A DNA stretch of 48,945 nt from Intoshia linei. Taxonomy: Eukaryota; Animalia; Orthonectida. Numbering within the stretch: position 1 is the stretch's first letter; each line of letters starts with the position of its first letter. The DNA is taken from positions 1 to 48,945 of the forward strand of contig LWCA01000134.1 of NCBI GenBank assembly GCA_001642005.1. The letters are read 5' to 3'. The notes beneath the pieces were generated by a model, which was not told where the DNA came from, did not search any database, and worked only from the letters and a program-made list of their open reading frames with translations. Of this stretch, positions 1 to 12,147 are shown in pieces. A program made the translations under genes and the position numbers.

Positions 1-268
1 ACAAGCCGACAACAATTGAACAGCTGAAGGATGAGATAATAAGGCATATTGGTGAGATCGAGGAGCAATTATGCAGAGATGTCATAAAAAATTTGGACCA
101 TCGAGTGGAGGTGTGCCGCCGAAGCTTTGGTGAACATTTGGGCGATATTATTTTTCACACATAATTGCCATGTGCCAAATAACAATTCCATAAAAAAATC
201 AATAAAATTTACCCATTAACATTGTTTTATTTACTGTTTATATCGATCCGTCTTATTGAAATACCCTT
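1..268 (+). mobile_element. 3' end of a Tc1/mariner-superfamily (DD41D/rosa-like) DNA transposon, in an RBM28 intron
   Basis: Frame 3..164 reads KPTTIEQLKDEIIRHIGEIEEQLCRDVIKNLDHRVEVCRRSFGEHLGDIIFHT*, a typical transposase C-terminus of this group. It ends in TIR-like TTGAAATACCCTT followed by TA (269-270). Visibly more GC-rich than the flanks. Confidence 0.8.
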
Positions 269-332
269 TACAATTGTTGTATATTACTTTATTTTAAATA
301 TACTTGTATATATTTATGTACATTTTTTGTAG

Positions 333-2001
333 ATAGAAATGAATAACAGACGAAAATTAAAAAATCCAGAAATATTCGTATCCCAAAAACGTATATGTAT
401 TCACAACATACCTAACAGTATCACTGAGCCTATTCTTAGAACAATGATACTAAATTGTTTAAATACATTTGAAAATATTATGTTGGAGGTTCGATTAATC
501 ATTATGTCAGGGCTTTGCAAACTGTATTCAAGTGTACAAGTTTTGCGAACTATGATGAATTTTATGCTCAAATCAGATATTAACCTTTTCAAGATTTGGA
601 ACTTTGAAATTTTTAGTTACTCATGGAAAAATTTTTAACTCGGTAAAATCCATTCCCGTATGACAATATTTATAATTTTTTTTATTTTTCCTTTTAAAAT
701 TTCGGGCTAGCGGGACTGACGTACTTTGACTCGGACTTATCCGCACTAGTTGCATTGTATCGTAAAAGCAATTGAAGTATATATAAAATAAGCGTATGTT
801 GACTAACTTTTCGCTGAAAATATGGTAGCAATGAAAAAACACAAAGGAATTATTGGAAATGTGTAGAAGTTCAATTGATACTTTTTTTTGAAAATGTAGG
901 ATGATTATTTTCATTTTTAATTTTAATCCAACATTTGAAAAGTATTGATTGATAATATATTAAAAATTATTTTTCACCTGGAATGCGTAAATTTCTGGGG
1001 TTGAAATTTTATATTTATATCAACTGGAATAAGCTGTATCAGAATAATCTTCTTATTTTAATTGTCGGACTGTTAATTATTTAAAATTTTTTGTTTAAGT
1101 AAAATAGTTTCGAAATAAAAATAAATTAATACTAAAGTGCTTTTTTGACCGTGAATGTTGTCACTTTGTTAGATTGAAATTTTTTTAAATTCTGGCACGT
1201 TTCATTTTTAAAATAAGGTAACCTTGGTTTTGATCGTGAAAATTCACATTGTTGAGGTGGCCATTTATGTTAATGCTTTTTATTTTAAAAACTATCCCAG
1301 AATATATGTTTTATTAAATTTTTGGGCTGATTTTATTTTTAAAAAAAGAGAAATTGGGTTTTTGACCCTATAGGACTCAAATACTGAAACTGAAAAATAG
1401 ATAAAACACGTCCTTGGAAAACCTATAATAAATTGGATTTTTAAATTCTGCAACTGTCAATTTTAAATATACGGTAACACCCGCAGACATTCAGTTTTAT
1501 ATAAGTAAAGGATGAGAAAAATTTCATAATTTTTATTTTGACGTGATTGTTTTTTTGAACACTATTATATTGATGGGACGGGACGTATTATTTTGATTGC
1601 AATTTGTGTCGCCAAGTTAAAGATTGGAAAGCCCTGGTCTATTTGATAGATTTATAAAAATTATCTCAAATGTAATAAAAAAAACGTTTATAATGACTTA
1701 TATTTAATTATTTGCTTCATATTTTATATAGTGCAGAATTATAAAAGAAAAGCTGGGATACAAGAATAAAAAGGTTTGTCTAGGGAAATCTCTTGGATTT
1801 GCCTTTGTCAATTTTAAAAACCATCAAGATGCTTTAACTATTCTTCAACATTTTAATAACCGAGATATTTTCGATTCTGAAAAGGTTTGAATTACATGAA
1901 TTTTCTATTGTTTTAATTATACATTTTAGAAACCGGTTGTTGAATTTTCGCTTGAAAATAGACGAGCATTAATAACTAAAGAAAATAAAATTGAAAAAAA
2001 G
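333..2001 (+). CDS. RBM28: RNA-binding protein 28 / Nop4, last RRM (partial; exons 333-488, 1732-1884, 1930-2001; 5' exons outside window, final exon unresolved)
   Basis: Spliced: KLKNPEIFVSQKRICIHNIP...|CRIIKE...GKSLGFAFVNFKNHQDAL...|KPVVEFSLENRRAL, matching the RBM28 RRM4 signature (IFVSxTRLCxHNLP, SLGYAFxEF, PIVEFSLEDRR). GT-AG junctions are in phase. Confidence 0.9.
508..1636. mobile_element. hAT-type non-autonomous element in the RBM28 intron, interrupted by a Helitron-like insert
   Basis: TIRs CAGGGCTTTGCAA / TTGGAAAGCCCTG (12/13) and subterminal GGGAC motifs. The TSD is degenerate. Confidence 0.6.
746..1512 (-). mobile_element. Helitron-like non-autonomous dispersed repeat
   Basis: On the minus strand it starts TC (TCCTTTACTTATAT), ends CTAG, and sits between A and T with no TSD. 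Internal blocks (GAATGCGTAxATTTCTGG, TATCAACTGGAATAAGCT) recur near 10160, 11260, 22500 and 34800. Confidence 0.6.
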
Positions 2002-3689
2002 GTATATTATATGGACCGTTTATATTCAATATTTTTGATTAATAATTATTGACATTGCAACTTCTCGCAAACTCGAATCAAAACTAAGTCCTTATATAGA
2101 GTTTTGGGTTCCTCTATCCATTGTTTAATACAATGATTGTCAAACTTTTTTTCAGCGTTACTCGCGGAGTAAAAAAATGTGTCCCACCATACGAAATGGA
2201 GTTCTGAAATCACTTATTAATTTAGAATAAAATGTCGCAATGATCGGCCCTACTTCTGCGTCATCGTTTTTTAAATAGGTTTCTGGTTACCTTTTTTGGT
2301 TTAAGCTTATATCGAAAAATTAATATTTATATTTTTCTTCTATTAAATGTCAACTTTAGAGATAATTTTCACGTTTTTTCATATTTTATTTGAATCTCAC
2401 AAACCCAGACATATAGTTTTGGACTCCTAAGGGGTCCAGGGATCCAATCGAGAACCACTGCATTAGTATGACATTAAAAATAATTTTCATAAACATCAAT
2501 GATTAGTGCAAGATAATACACATAAAAATGTTTTTGTTAGAGAAAGTTATATAATTTTTAATAAAGAATTGTCAATACAGAGTCAAATCACTTACAAAAA
2601 ATTCATAGTTTTTCATAGATTTTTTCATAAAACCAAAACCTTTGTCAAATATAGAAAATTGTTTATTTGATACAAAAAATGTACCTACTGATTCAAAGTT
2701 CCTGACCTGTTTTAAACATTTGATTTGATATCTATATATAAATAAATGTATTGAAAATATATTTTGTTTTCTGATAAAAAATAAGTACAACAAAATTTCC
2801 CAAAAAAGATTTTTTTTATTTATTAATTTTTATATTTTGTGGCCCGATTTGATCTTGATGTTTTATGATATTTTTGGTATTAATTAATATTATTAGAAAA
2901 GTACATTTATTGAAAAATATATTGGTAAAAACAAACTCAAATTAAATGAAAAGAATAGACACAGAAGAATATTTTCAAAAAAAATTGGTCCAAAAATTCG
3001 ACACAAAAAATAAATGTAAATTTTTGTACATAATTACAGAATAAATTTATTATTTCAATTGACACAATTATTTTGATCAATTCAAGATTCAAGCTAATTA
3101 AGGGATAAATTAAAACTGTCTGTGCGATGGTTATTTTCTCCATAAAATGCATTCTTATCAGTGTTTTTTAACCTTTTTTCACTGAGGACCATATTTTATT
3201 TTAAAAATTTCTGTGGACCACCAGAAAGTCTCTGCATCACGTTGCGAATCACTGTACTAAATTACTGATTTAGACAAAATTTTAGTTCAAATAAGAATAC
3301 AATTATTGATACATCAAACTATCAATTTAATAGATTTATTTATTTTTTAATACTACTATTTTGATTAATAGTAGTTTTGACATAAAATAGTGCACGTTGG
3401 TCTAATTAAATTATATTTTTTATAATTAAAAAATTTTATGTAAGTTAAAAAATGATAAAAATTAAATATTTTTATATCTCAGTTGATATCAAAACACTGC
3501 GCATATTTATTGATTATATGTGTATTATATTAAAAATTTACTAATTGTATTAATAAAATTAAAAAAAAAATAATATATTTAAACTAAATAAGTAGTTTTC
3601 ATTACCTAATTAAGTAAACATTTGTGTAAAATTGATTTTTACATAAATAGCTCCAATTACTATTTATATATTACTTATTACAATTGAGT

Positions 3690-5577
3690 ATGATGTTAAT
3701 AGTGTATTTAAATTTTTTGTTCGTCTTTGCATCTCTAAATCAAAGTTCATGCAATAGAAAAATATATTTATTGCAAAATGTAATAATAAACACTAAAAAG
3801 GTGCAAATTTTATCAAACTCAGTTTATGTCAACCCTATTATAGGATGGAAATCTTGTCTAACAGAATGCTGCAATAATGGTATATTTAATGAATAATATA
3901 ATACGTATTAGAATAATGGAGCACTGTCGGAAGTTCACACGATTCAAAGTTTGTGCTCGGGTTTAATTTTGATAGAAATTTACTGAATAATAAGTACATT
4001 ACAATGCATTGTATTGTTGAAAATATAACGGGTGCTTCGAATCGCGTTTCAGACTCTTCGCATAATGTAAATATTTAGATAAATGTGACACTACAATGTT
4101 TTTGTTTGAAAATGAAGGCTATACTTGCACAACTTTGAAATGTAAGGTTTGTGAATTTACACAAATACAAGATGCTATATTGATACTATCGGGTAAATTT
4201 AATGAAAGAAAATATAGTGATTTATCGGACGAAAATTTTATTTTAAGTAAAGGAAATTTTGACAAAATGGAAAAATTTATGAATAAGACCAAGTATATTA
4301 AAAACTACGTTGAGAAACTAAAAAAATTAGACATTGGTTTGGTGAAAACAAATACGACAAAGTCAATTTCACCACAAACTACTACCACTACGAACATGAC
4401 AACTATAACTAAAAAATTCACCAGTGAAATGAGTTCCACAGTTACAAAATCGCCTTACATTATAAAGAATTTAACAAATCATTTTATGACAACAAAAATT
4501 TTATTACTTACAACAAAAAACCTGAAAAAATTAGATGCCAATACCAGTACCACGAGTACAAAAATCCCTTTCAAAGCTCCAAGAATTTTGACAAATACTC
4601 CTTTTTCTACAATTCAGTCTACCTCAGAGACAATAAAAATCCCTAAAAGTTCAACAAATACAAATTTCTCCACTACAACTCAAAAAAATCATCCAATTAC
4701 CAAAAATATGACAAATACTCCTTTTTCTACAATTCAGTTCACCTCAGAGACAACAAAAACCCCTAAAAGTTCAACAACTAAAAATTTATCTGTTACAACT
4801 CAAAAAGATCATCCAATTAACAAAAATATGACAAATACTCCTTTTATTGAAGCCAGCATCAGCACAACAAAAACGTATAGAAGTGAAATGCCTCTAAAAA
4901 GTACTCCAATCTCTACTTTGACAACCCAAAATAGGAAATTAAGTACTAAAGAGCCAATTAACTCTTTAAATTCTTCTGTGTCATCAATAACAAAAGATGG
5001 AGTGACTACAGAATTTTCATTAAATGTTGTTAATAAGTCTACAACGACTTATATACCGGTTACATCTCGTGTAACAAACATTAGTACTCAAAGATTACCT
5101 AAGAATAATGATACAGTTGACCGCTCCGATGTAAACGTTAGTACATTTTTTACTCGATCAACACGTTTACAGTTAATACACGGGAAAATAAATTCAAATA
5201 AAACAAAAGACGGTATATCTACCCCTGCACATTTATTAACTACAATTAATACTACCAAAAAGATAATAAATAGTTCTATATTGACCACACATACAATTCC
5301 ATCTTTTACTAACATTTTTACTAAAGATATGAATACAACACTGAATAATTCCACTTTAAAACCTCACATAACTTCAAATAGAACCACCCAAATGAGACCA
5401 TTGGTAAATATGACAGTTTCATTTAACAGTACATCAATATATACCCTGAATACAACCGTCGATTTTAAAGCCAGGTCTGAAACCATTCACACATATATAA
5501 TTTCAGCGTTTACAATTAGTTTATATGTTGTTAGTATTGTTGCGGTAATAATTGTGGTATATCTGGCTCACAACTAA
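3690..5577 (+). CDS. MANSC/MANEC-like mucin-type membrane protein, paralog 1 (exons 3690-3879, 4079-5577)
   Basis: Signal peptide; 8-Cys domain C..WKSCLTECCNN|DKC..MF..YTC..KC.VC; long Thr/Ser-rich stalk with many NxS/T sites; C-terminal hydrophobic segment. A phase-1 intron joins the two ORFs. Confidence 0.8.
4588..4846 (+). repeat. 120-bp (40-aa) coding tandem repeat, about 2.2 copies, in the mucin stalk
   Basis: ACAAATACTCCTTTT recurs at 4591, 4711 and 4831; peptide unit TNTPFSTIQ.TSET.K.PKSST..N.S.TTQK.HPI.KNM. Confidence 0.9.
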
Positions 5578-5708
5578 ACTGCCCAGTTAACCGTTCCAAT
5601 GTAGTTAATAAACATTTACCAATAGTGTTAGTTTATTCACATTAATAAATAAATAGCACATGTATAATATTGAACACTGTATTGGACTTAGTTAATAAAT
5701 AACAAAAT

Positions 5709-8101
5709 ATGAATATTTGGTTTTATTTTTCTATATTTTTTTTGAATCTTATATACAAGACGATTTCGGGTAATTTGCAATGTGATGGTAATATATACTT
5801 AATTAAACATCTTGGACCGGGTATACTTGGTAATAGCACCATTATTAATCAGAAAGATTTTGATAATCCCGTCACTGGTTGGAAATATTGTTTCGCAAAT
5901 TGTTGCAATGATGGTAATTTTTATTGATAGAAAAATTGTATAGAGTAGAATCTACTCCAGTATTTTCTAGTCTAGAGGGCTAGGGAAATTACACGAATTT
6001 ATTGGAATTATAAATAATTTAGATTAATTTAACCTTCATTTTGTACAATACTAGCATTATTGTTATGTAATTCGAACAAACAGCAGGTAGCTCTGCCGAT
6101 GAACGACTTTTTAATTTTTAGAGTTGTAATTTATGATAATACTTATGATTTTAAAAAATAATCCAGAATTTATATTTTATAAATGCTGTAATTTTTTACA
6201 AAAAAAGGGGATTTGGTGGTTTGACCATTAAAATGTGTAAGTAAAAGATTCTCATGTGTCATACCTAATATTAATAAAACCGGTAAGAATCAGTGATATC
6301 ATTATTTCTATAAAATATATATTATAATTAGCTCAAGTTTCGACAATAAAAGCTTTCGATAAGTAATTTATTAGAAAATTATAATTTTTAGTAAATAATA
6401 GTCACTGAATTAATAATAATTCGTTTTTGATTCAACTGTCATATCATCCCCAAAAATTTGGCCGTTAGGTCATTTTTTGAAGTGGGATTATCATAAAAAA
6501 GGTTGGGAAACAAAATCTACTCAGTAGATAGCTACTATGTCATTTCGTTATTAAAACAGTTTTGTTGTTTGCATCTGAAACAAATGAGGAATTTTTCTAA
6601 TAACCTGGATACACTTGTAATTTTTTTAATCTGACCGATTTGAGAAATAATGTCCCTCTGATGGATTTATAACTTTAATAAAATGATAAAATATTTAGAA
6701 AAATGTGATAGCATGACATTTACGAAATCTGGGAATAATTATACTTGCACAAATATCCAATGTACAAATTGCAAATTAAAATTTGTACCGGAAAGTACAC
6801 TTATTCTGTTATACGGCATTGGAAAAAACTATACAAATTTAAACATACACCAACTGCATATAAAATTTCAAAAATTAACATATGAAAAGTTGACAAATTT
6901 GATGAACCGACGCAATATTATTAAAAATTATATTAAAAAAATGGTTAAAACAGAAAAAGCAATTGTACTAGAAACGACAACAGAAAAAATGAATATTAAA
7001 TCAACAAAAATGACTACTACAAAACAATTAATAAGGATAAATCAAACGGTAGAAAATAGCCTTAAAAATGTATTAAATGTTACGTTGGTTCAAATAGTTA
7101 CTACGCCCAAGACCATCCCAATACAAAATAGCACAACCACAATAAAATTGAATGAACAAGAAACGCAAATAAGTAATGAGGATAATAAAGTCATTGATAT
7201 CATGGAAAATGTTTTAAAAGATGATGAAATGATGTCATCAAATTTAATGAATATGTTAGAAAAAAATACGACACAATTAGATGTGGGAATCAATCAAACA
7301 CTGGATGCGTTAAAGGAATTAGAAAATGGTGTAGAAATGAAACGAAACGAATCAATAAATATATTGACCGATGAAAGTGATAAACAAAAACAAGTTGAAA
7401 TAGATAATGAAATGGCTTTAATCAAAATTGAAAACCAAGAAAAAATAAAAAAAGCTGAATTGTCCATAAACGAAGCTGCAAGAGGCATTATAATTGCTGC
7501 AGCTCATGAAGCTGAGAATATTATAGAACATGCAAAATCTGTTGCCAAAAATTATAAGGAATCAATGCAACACCAATTTGAGGAATGGTTAAACGATAAG
7601 AAACAAGTTGAAGTCGAGTTAATGAAATCCATGATTGACCAAAAATTGATTATTAAGACTGTAGCCATTGCAAAAATGAACAATCAGTTGGATTATGAAT
7701 ATAAAAATCAACAAGAAAATTTTAAAGATCGAATGAATATATTAATTCAAAATCATAATGAAACCGAGTCCCAAAATTTATCAAATTATAAAAAAATTCT
7801 TGCAATGCTTGTAAATTCTTATATAAATGGTTTAATCATTAATGAAACAAATAAAAATCATGGGATAGGGAATAATCCAACATACAATGTACTCAATCGT
7901 ACCAATAAAGTAAATCAAACTAATAATGCCATAATATACAAAGATCCAAATCCTTATCCATATGTGTATCTCTATTTAGTTCCTTCCGTTGTCATTTGTG
8001 TCGTAATTGTGAGTCTGTTCTTTATTTATAGTGTAAGGGATTATGTAAACAAGCATGTTGAAGTACTAACAATATCAAAGATTAAAAAGGAGAAGAAATA
8101 A
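5709..8101 (+). CDS. MANSC/MANEC-like type I membrane protein with coiled-coil stalk, paralog 2 (exons 5709-5913, 6699-8101)
   Basis: Signal peptide; C..NPVTGWKYCFANCCND|EKCDSMTF..YTC..QC.NC; the same phase-1 intron as paralog 1; E/K/Q/N-rich helical stalk; TM VYLYLVPSVVICVVIVSLFFIY; short basic tail. Confidence 0.8.
5958..6514. mobile_element. hAT-type MITE in the intron of paralog 2
   Basis: Perfect 8-bp TSD ATCTACTC (5950-5957, 6515-6522); degenerate CAGT.../...GGTTGGGAAAC ends. Confidence 0.65.
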
Positions 8102-8344
8102 TTTTGAATAAATAATTACACCTTTCATATTACATTGCTATGTACTTCGTCATCGATTCGTTACACAAAATGGGTAACGCCAAATTTATTAATTTTTTGT
8201 GGTCATTTTTAACGGGTAATGCAATAAATTATGATTATTTAAACATTTTTTATTTACGACATTTGTATTTTAAATTTGTTGTAATTTAAATTGTTTTAAT
8301 GTTAACGTGGTACGTTCACAAAACATATACGTCACTAGCTAAAC

Positions 8345-8851
8345 CAGTGGTCCCGATTCAAATACAATACGGACCCCATTTCAAAATATTTATACTTTTG
8401 GATCCCAAAGGAAACATAAAATATAAAACGTTTATGAAAAAATTGAAGGTTTTTTCTCATAAGATTTGGTAAAATCGTTTTTTTCAAAAAAATATTTCCC
8501 TTAAGCGTTGTTAAAATTGGATTTTTATTTTGGGATTCGAATAAGGTTTCTCTGATAAGATTTGATAAAATAGTGTTTTTTAAAAAAATATTGGAAAAAG
8601 TCGATTTTCCCCTGAGGGTTTAAAATTGTATTTTTTATTAAATTTTATTAATGTTGGGATAAAAGTGGGTTTTTTGAAATAATAATGTACCGGTCGTCTA
8701 GGCTTTGGGATAAATTCATAACATTTGGCAAAACTGCAAAAATATTAAAAATAAACAAAAATTGATAAATTTTTTTTTATATTTCATTTAAATCTCAAAT
8801 TTAACTTAAGACTCCAGGAATATAGTTTTGTAGCCTAATCGGGAACCACTA
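8345..8851. mobile_element. hAT-type MITE (same family as 25805-26906 and the right end near 2400-2460)
   Basis: Ends CAGTGGTCCCGATT / AATCGGGAACCACTA; body similar to 26410-26906; TSD 5/8. Confidence 0.7.
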
Positions 8852-9156
8852 GGTTAGACTGTTATACACTTTGTACGAACAGTACCTAGCTGCGCCAAGG
8901 GCGAACTTTTTTAATTCTACCAAAAAAATACATGTCAATAATAGAATCTTACATAAAAATGCTAAAAATTACATAATTTTGGGAACTATTGCTTTAAAGG
9001 TGACAGTAAATTGTGACATTCTTACTCTCTGTTTTTTTAATCATTTGTACACAATTTTTCATTTTCAAAAAGTTTAAAATTAAAGCAATAAAAATAATGC
9101 GAAGGAATCAATTATATAGATTTCCACACATAATTCTTTATTGGAAATGTGTAGAC

Positions 9157-10050
9157 CAGTGCTTTTCAAACTTTTTTAAACATTCACCCCCTGTGACGCA
9201 TATTTTTGTTCTATTCACCCCCAATAAAACAATTATTATGATATGTCATAATTGTGTAGGAATACACAATTTGCACTTATAAAATGTACTGAATTAATTA
9301 AATTTGAGTACACATGACGTCTTCACGTGATCACATCATTTTAAATTTTCATTGTTTGTTTTAAGCATCGTAAATAATGCATATTATTTTCAATATTTTC
9401 ATGAGAGTAAACATGTTTAAATCTACGTTATAGATGTCACTATAATTCAGAAGTAAAAAAATATAGTAATTGTGATTACCATAATTTATTTATTAATAAG
9501 AATATCAATTAGATAAGCAACTTTTAAAAAAAATTTGGTTAAACTGAATGTATGAAAGGGTTAAGTCAATTTTGTACACGAAACATCTAAATTTGGTAAT
9601 TTCTTTTAGAATCAGATGGAGATTTCTATATAAAATTTTGATAAAATTGGATTTTTCAAAAAAATATTTGTAAAAGGGGATTATTTCCTTAAGGGTTGGT
9701 AAAATATTGGTTTTTTGACATACAGTCAGACTTGTTGATAGTGAACTAATAGTGAACTTAACTAATATTAACTTGACTTATATAGAAAATAAACTTAGAT
9801 TCATGATAAATAATGTTTCATTTAACTGTCATTTTCATTGTTCATTATTTTTTTATAGTGAACATTAAAATAATTCGGAACCAAATGTTCACTATTCACA
9901 AGTCTGACTGTATTTGACTAAATTAAATAAAATATGTTAAAAATTTATTATTTACCCCTATTCACCATCAATCATCTAAAATTTTAGTATTCACCCCCTC
10001 ATAAAACTATTCACCCTTGGGGTGCACAGTCACCCCCATGAGAAGCACTG
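9157..10050. mobile_element. hAT (Charlie/Buster-type) MITE
   Basis: TIR CAGTGCTTTTCA / TGAGAAGCACTG; perfect 8-bp TSD GTGTAGAC (9149-9156, 10051-10058); subterminal TCACCCCC repeats. Confidence 0.9.
9723..9910. mobile_element. Tc1/pogo-type MITE nested in the hAT MITE
   Basis: 24-bp TIR CAGTCAGACTTGTTGATAGTGAAC / GTTCACTATTCACAAGTCTGACTG (22/24), flanked by TA on both sides. Confidence 0.9.
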
Positions 10051-12147
10051 GTGTAGACGTTCAATCCATATTTTTTTGAGTTGTAAGATCAATATTTACT
10101 TTTTCATTTTAAATTAAAATTTAATTTAATGATAATATATTATAAATTATTTTTCACCGTGAATGCGTAGATTTCTGGAATTAAAATTTTGTATATATAT
10201 CAACTGGAATAAGCTGTATCAGGATTAATTTTTTAAAATTCTAGGGCTGTTTTCATTTTTAAAAAGGGTAATCTGAGTTTTTGATCGTGAAAATTTCCTT
10301 TTTCAAGGTTTTCATTTATGATAATGTTTATGATTTTCAAAAGTATCTCAGAATTTATGTTATATAAAATTCTAAGACTTTCTTAATTAATACAAAAAAG
10401 GGTTATTTGTGGTTTTGACCGTGAGGATATAAGATTTTGAAATTGAAAATTATCATAATATTAATGAATTTAAAACTTTTTATTAGAATGTGTATTTTTT
10501 ATAATTCTAGGACGGGTTTGAATTTAAAGCAAAGGACAATTGGGGTTTTTAACCATGAACGACTCAATTTCTGAAATTGAAATTTGCGATAAAACATAAT
10601 TCTAAAAAAACTGTTATAGAAATATGGAATTTGTAAAACGACCCCTCTTACTTTCTTAAATAAACTGGATCAAACAAACATACATTTTTAACCATTTCAC
10701 TAAACCATTTTAACCACCATTAATAATTTTTAATATAATATTAGTAACAAGATACAATTGTACCATCTGTAAAATTTTTTAAATTCTAGTGCTGTTTTCA
10801 TAAAAAAAGAAGGGTCATTTGTGATTTTGGCCCTGGAGATATAATTTTTTTAAATTCTCTAACTGGTTTGATTTTCAAAAAAAATCAATTGGGGTTTCTG
10901 ACCCGTACGATTTGAGTTTGGTAGGTTGAAATTTAGTTTGCGAACACCCCCGGAAAAAACTGTAATTGAAATGTGGACTTTATAAAATTCTAAGACTGGT
11001 AGTTATTTCAATAAACGATAACACAAACAAATATTGCATAGTATATTATAATATGCTATGATTATATAAGTAATAACACACACACAAACAAAAATCGCGT
11101 AGCATTTTATATAAGGATGATTCAGACTAAAACTAGTACATAAATAGTAGTAGATTAGTTCATTACTCATTACATTCATAAGATCATTACTAATGATATA
11201 TTAAAAATTATTTTCCACCGCGTATTTATGGATTTCTGAGGTATAAATTTTTTATATATATCAACTGGAATAAGCTGGAAATTGAAAAATTCCATATTTA
11301 CTAAACATGCCATTAATTAAACCCATTTCAAATTTACCAATTGACATATATTGTAAATGAGTGTACCAAAAAATAAATATAAAAAATTTACACATAGCTA
11401 CAAAATTATACTAATCACTGATTAGTATTCATTAATTTGGCACTGAAAAATAACTTCAACCAACAAAAAAATAACACATGTTGTATAATATAATAGCTCG
11501 GGAACAATCCCATTATGACGATTGAATTTAATAAATACATGATAAATGATAATGTATTGATTATTTAATATTTGAACAGAAATCAAAATCCGTGATCATT
11601 TCAAATTAAAAATATAATACCATTATAAATGAAGTTTTTAATTCCATTTAATAAACCATATCTTTCCCACATAATAAATAACTGATTAAATGAAATTATA
11701 TGTGTTGCATATTTTATAATTTTCAATATTTACATTTAACGTTAATATTTTCAAAAACAAAAAATATATAACAATAGAACGCTACATAACAGTATAATTA
11801 TAATGAGAGCCTTGAACCTTAATCAAATGAATAAGATAGTAAAAAAATAGAAACTTCCACATAGATGAATGAAAATTTGTCGATTATAATGTTACAAAAA
11901 TAAATCAAATTAAATGAATTTCCAGCTCAGAAAACGACACAACACAAGTTCGAACAATTACACAGAATAATAATGCATGTTGCAATACTTCTAGCCGTAT
12001 CCTCAAGTTAAAAATAGTGAGAAGTAAACATTACGTTTCATACATATGGGATCAATTGATTTATTTAATTTTTCAAAATTTTGATCAATACTCGAAAATT
12101 CACATTTAGTTTTAAATAATTGGTAAAATTTTACATTCATTTTTAAA

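Larger units (their letters stand above)
8868..11117 (-). mobile_element. Helitron-like repeat, long copy interrupted by a hAT MITE
   Basis: Minus-strand 5' end TCCTTATATAAAATGCTACGCG..TTTGTTTGTGTG; 3' motif GCTAGGTACTGTTCGTAC shared with about 6075, 16585, 30215 and 30290; degenerate internal subrepeats of about 130 bp. Confidence 0.6.

Noticed and set aside
3159-3254. 96-bp CAGTG...CACTG mini hAT element
   Set aside because: Plausible, but the TSD does not match and the TIRs are too degenerate to call.
5088-7488. Antisense ORFs 5088-5354, 7090-7293, 7294-7488 (also 12715-12990, 39361-39675, 39763-39948, 41037-41243)
   Set aside because: Shadows of real coding exons on the opposite strand.
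621-9282. Short F/I/K/N-rich ORFs (621-914, 2572-2793, 2937-3152, 8871-9282; also 19860-20084, 29566-29757, 45651-45869)
   Set aside because: Chance ORFs in AT-rich or TE-derived DNA with no recognisable motifs.
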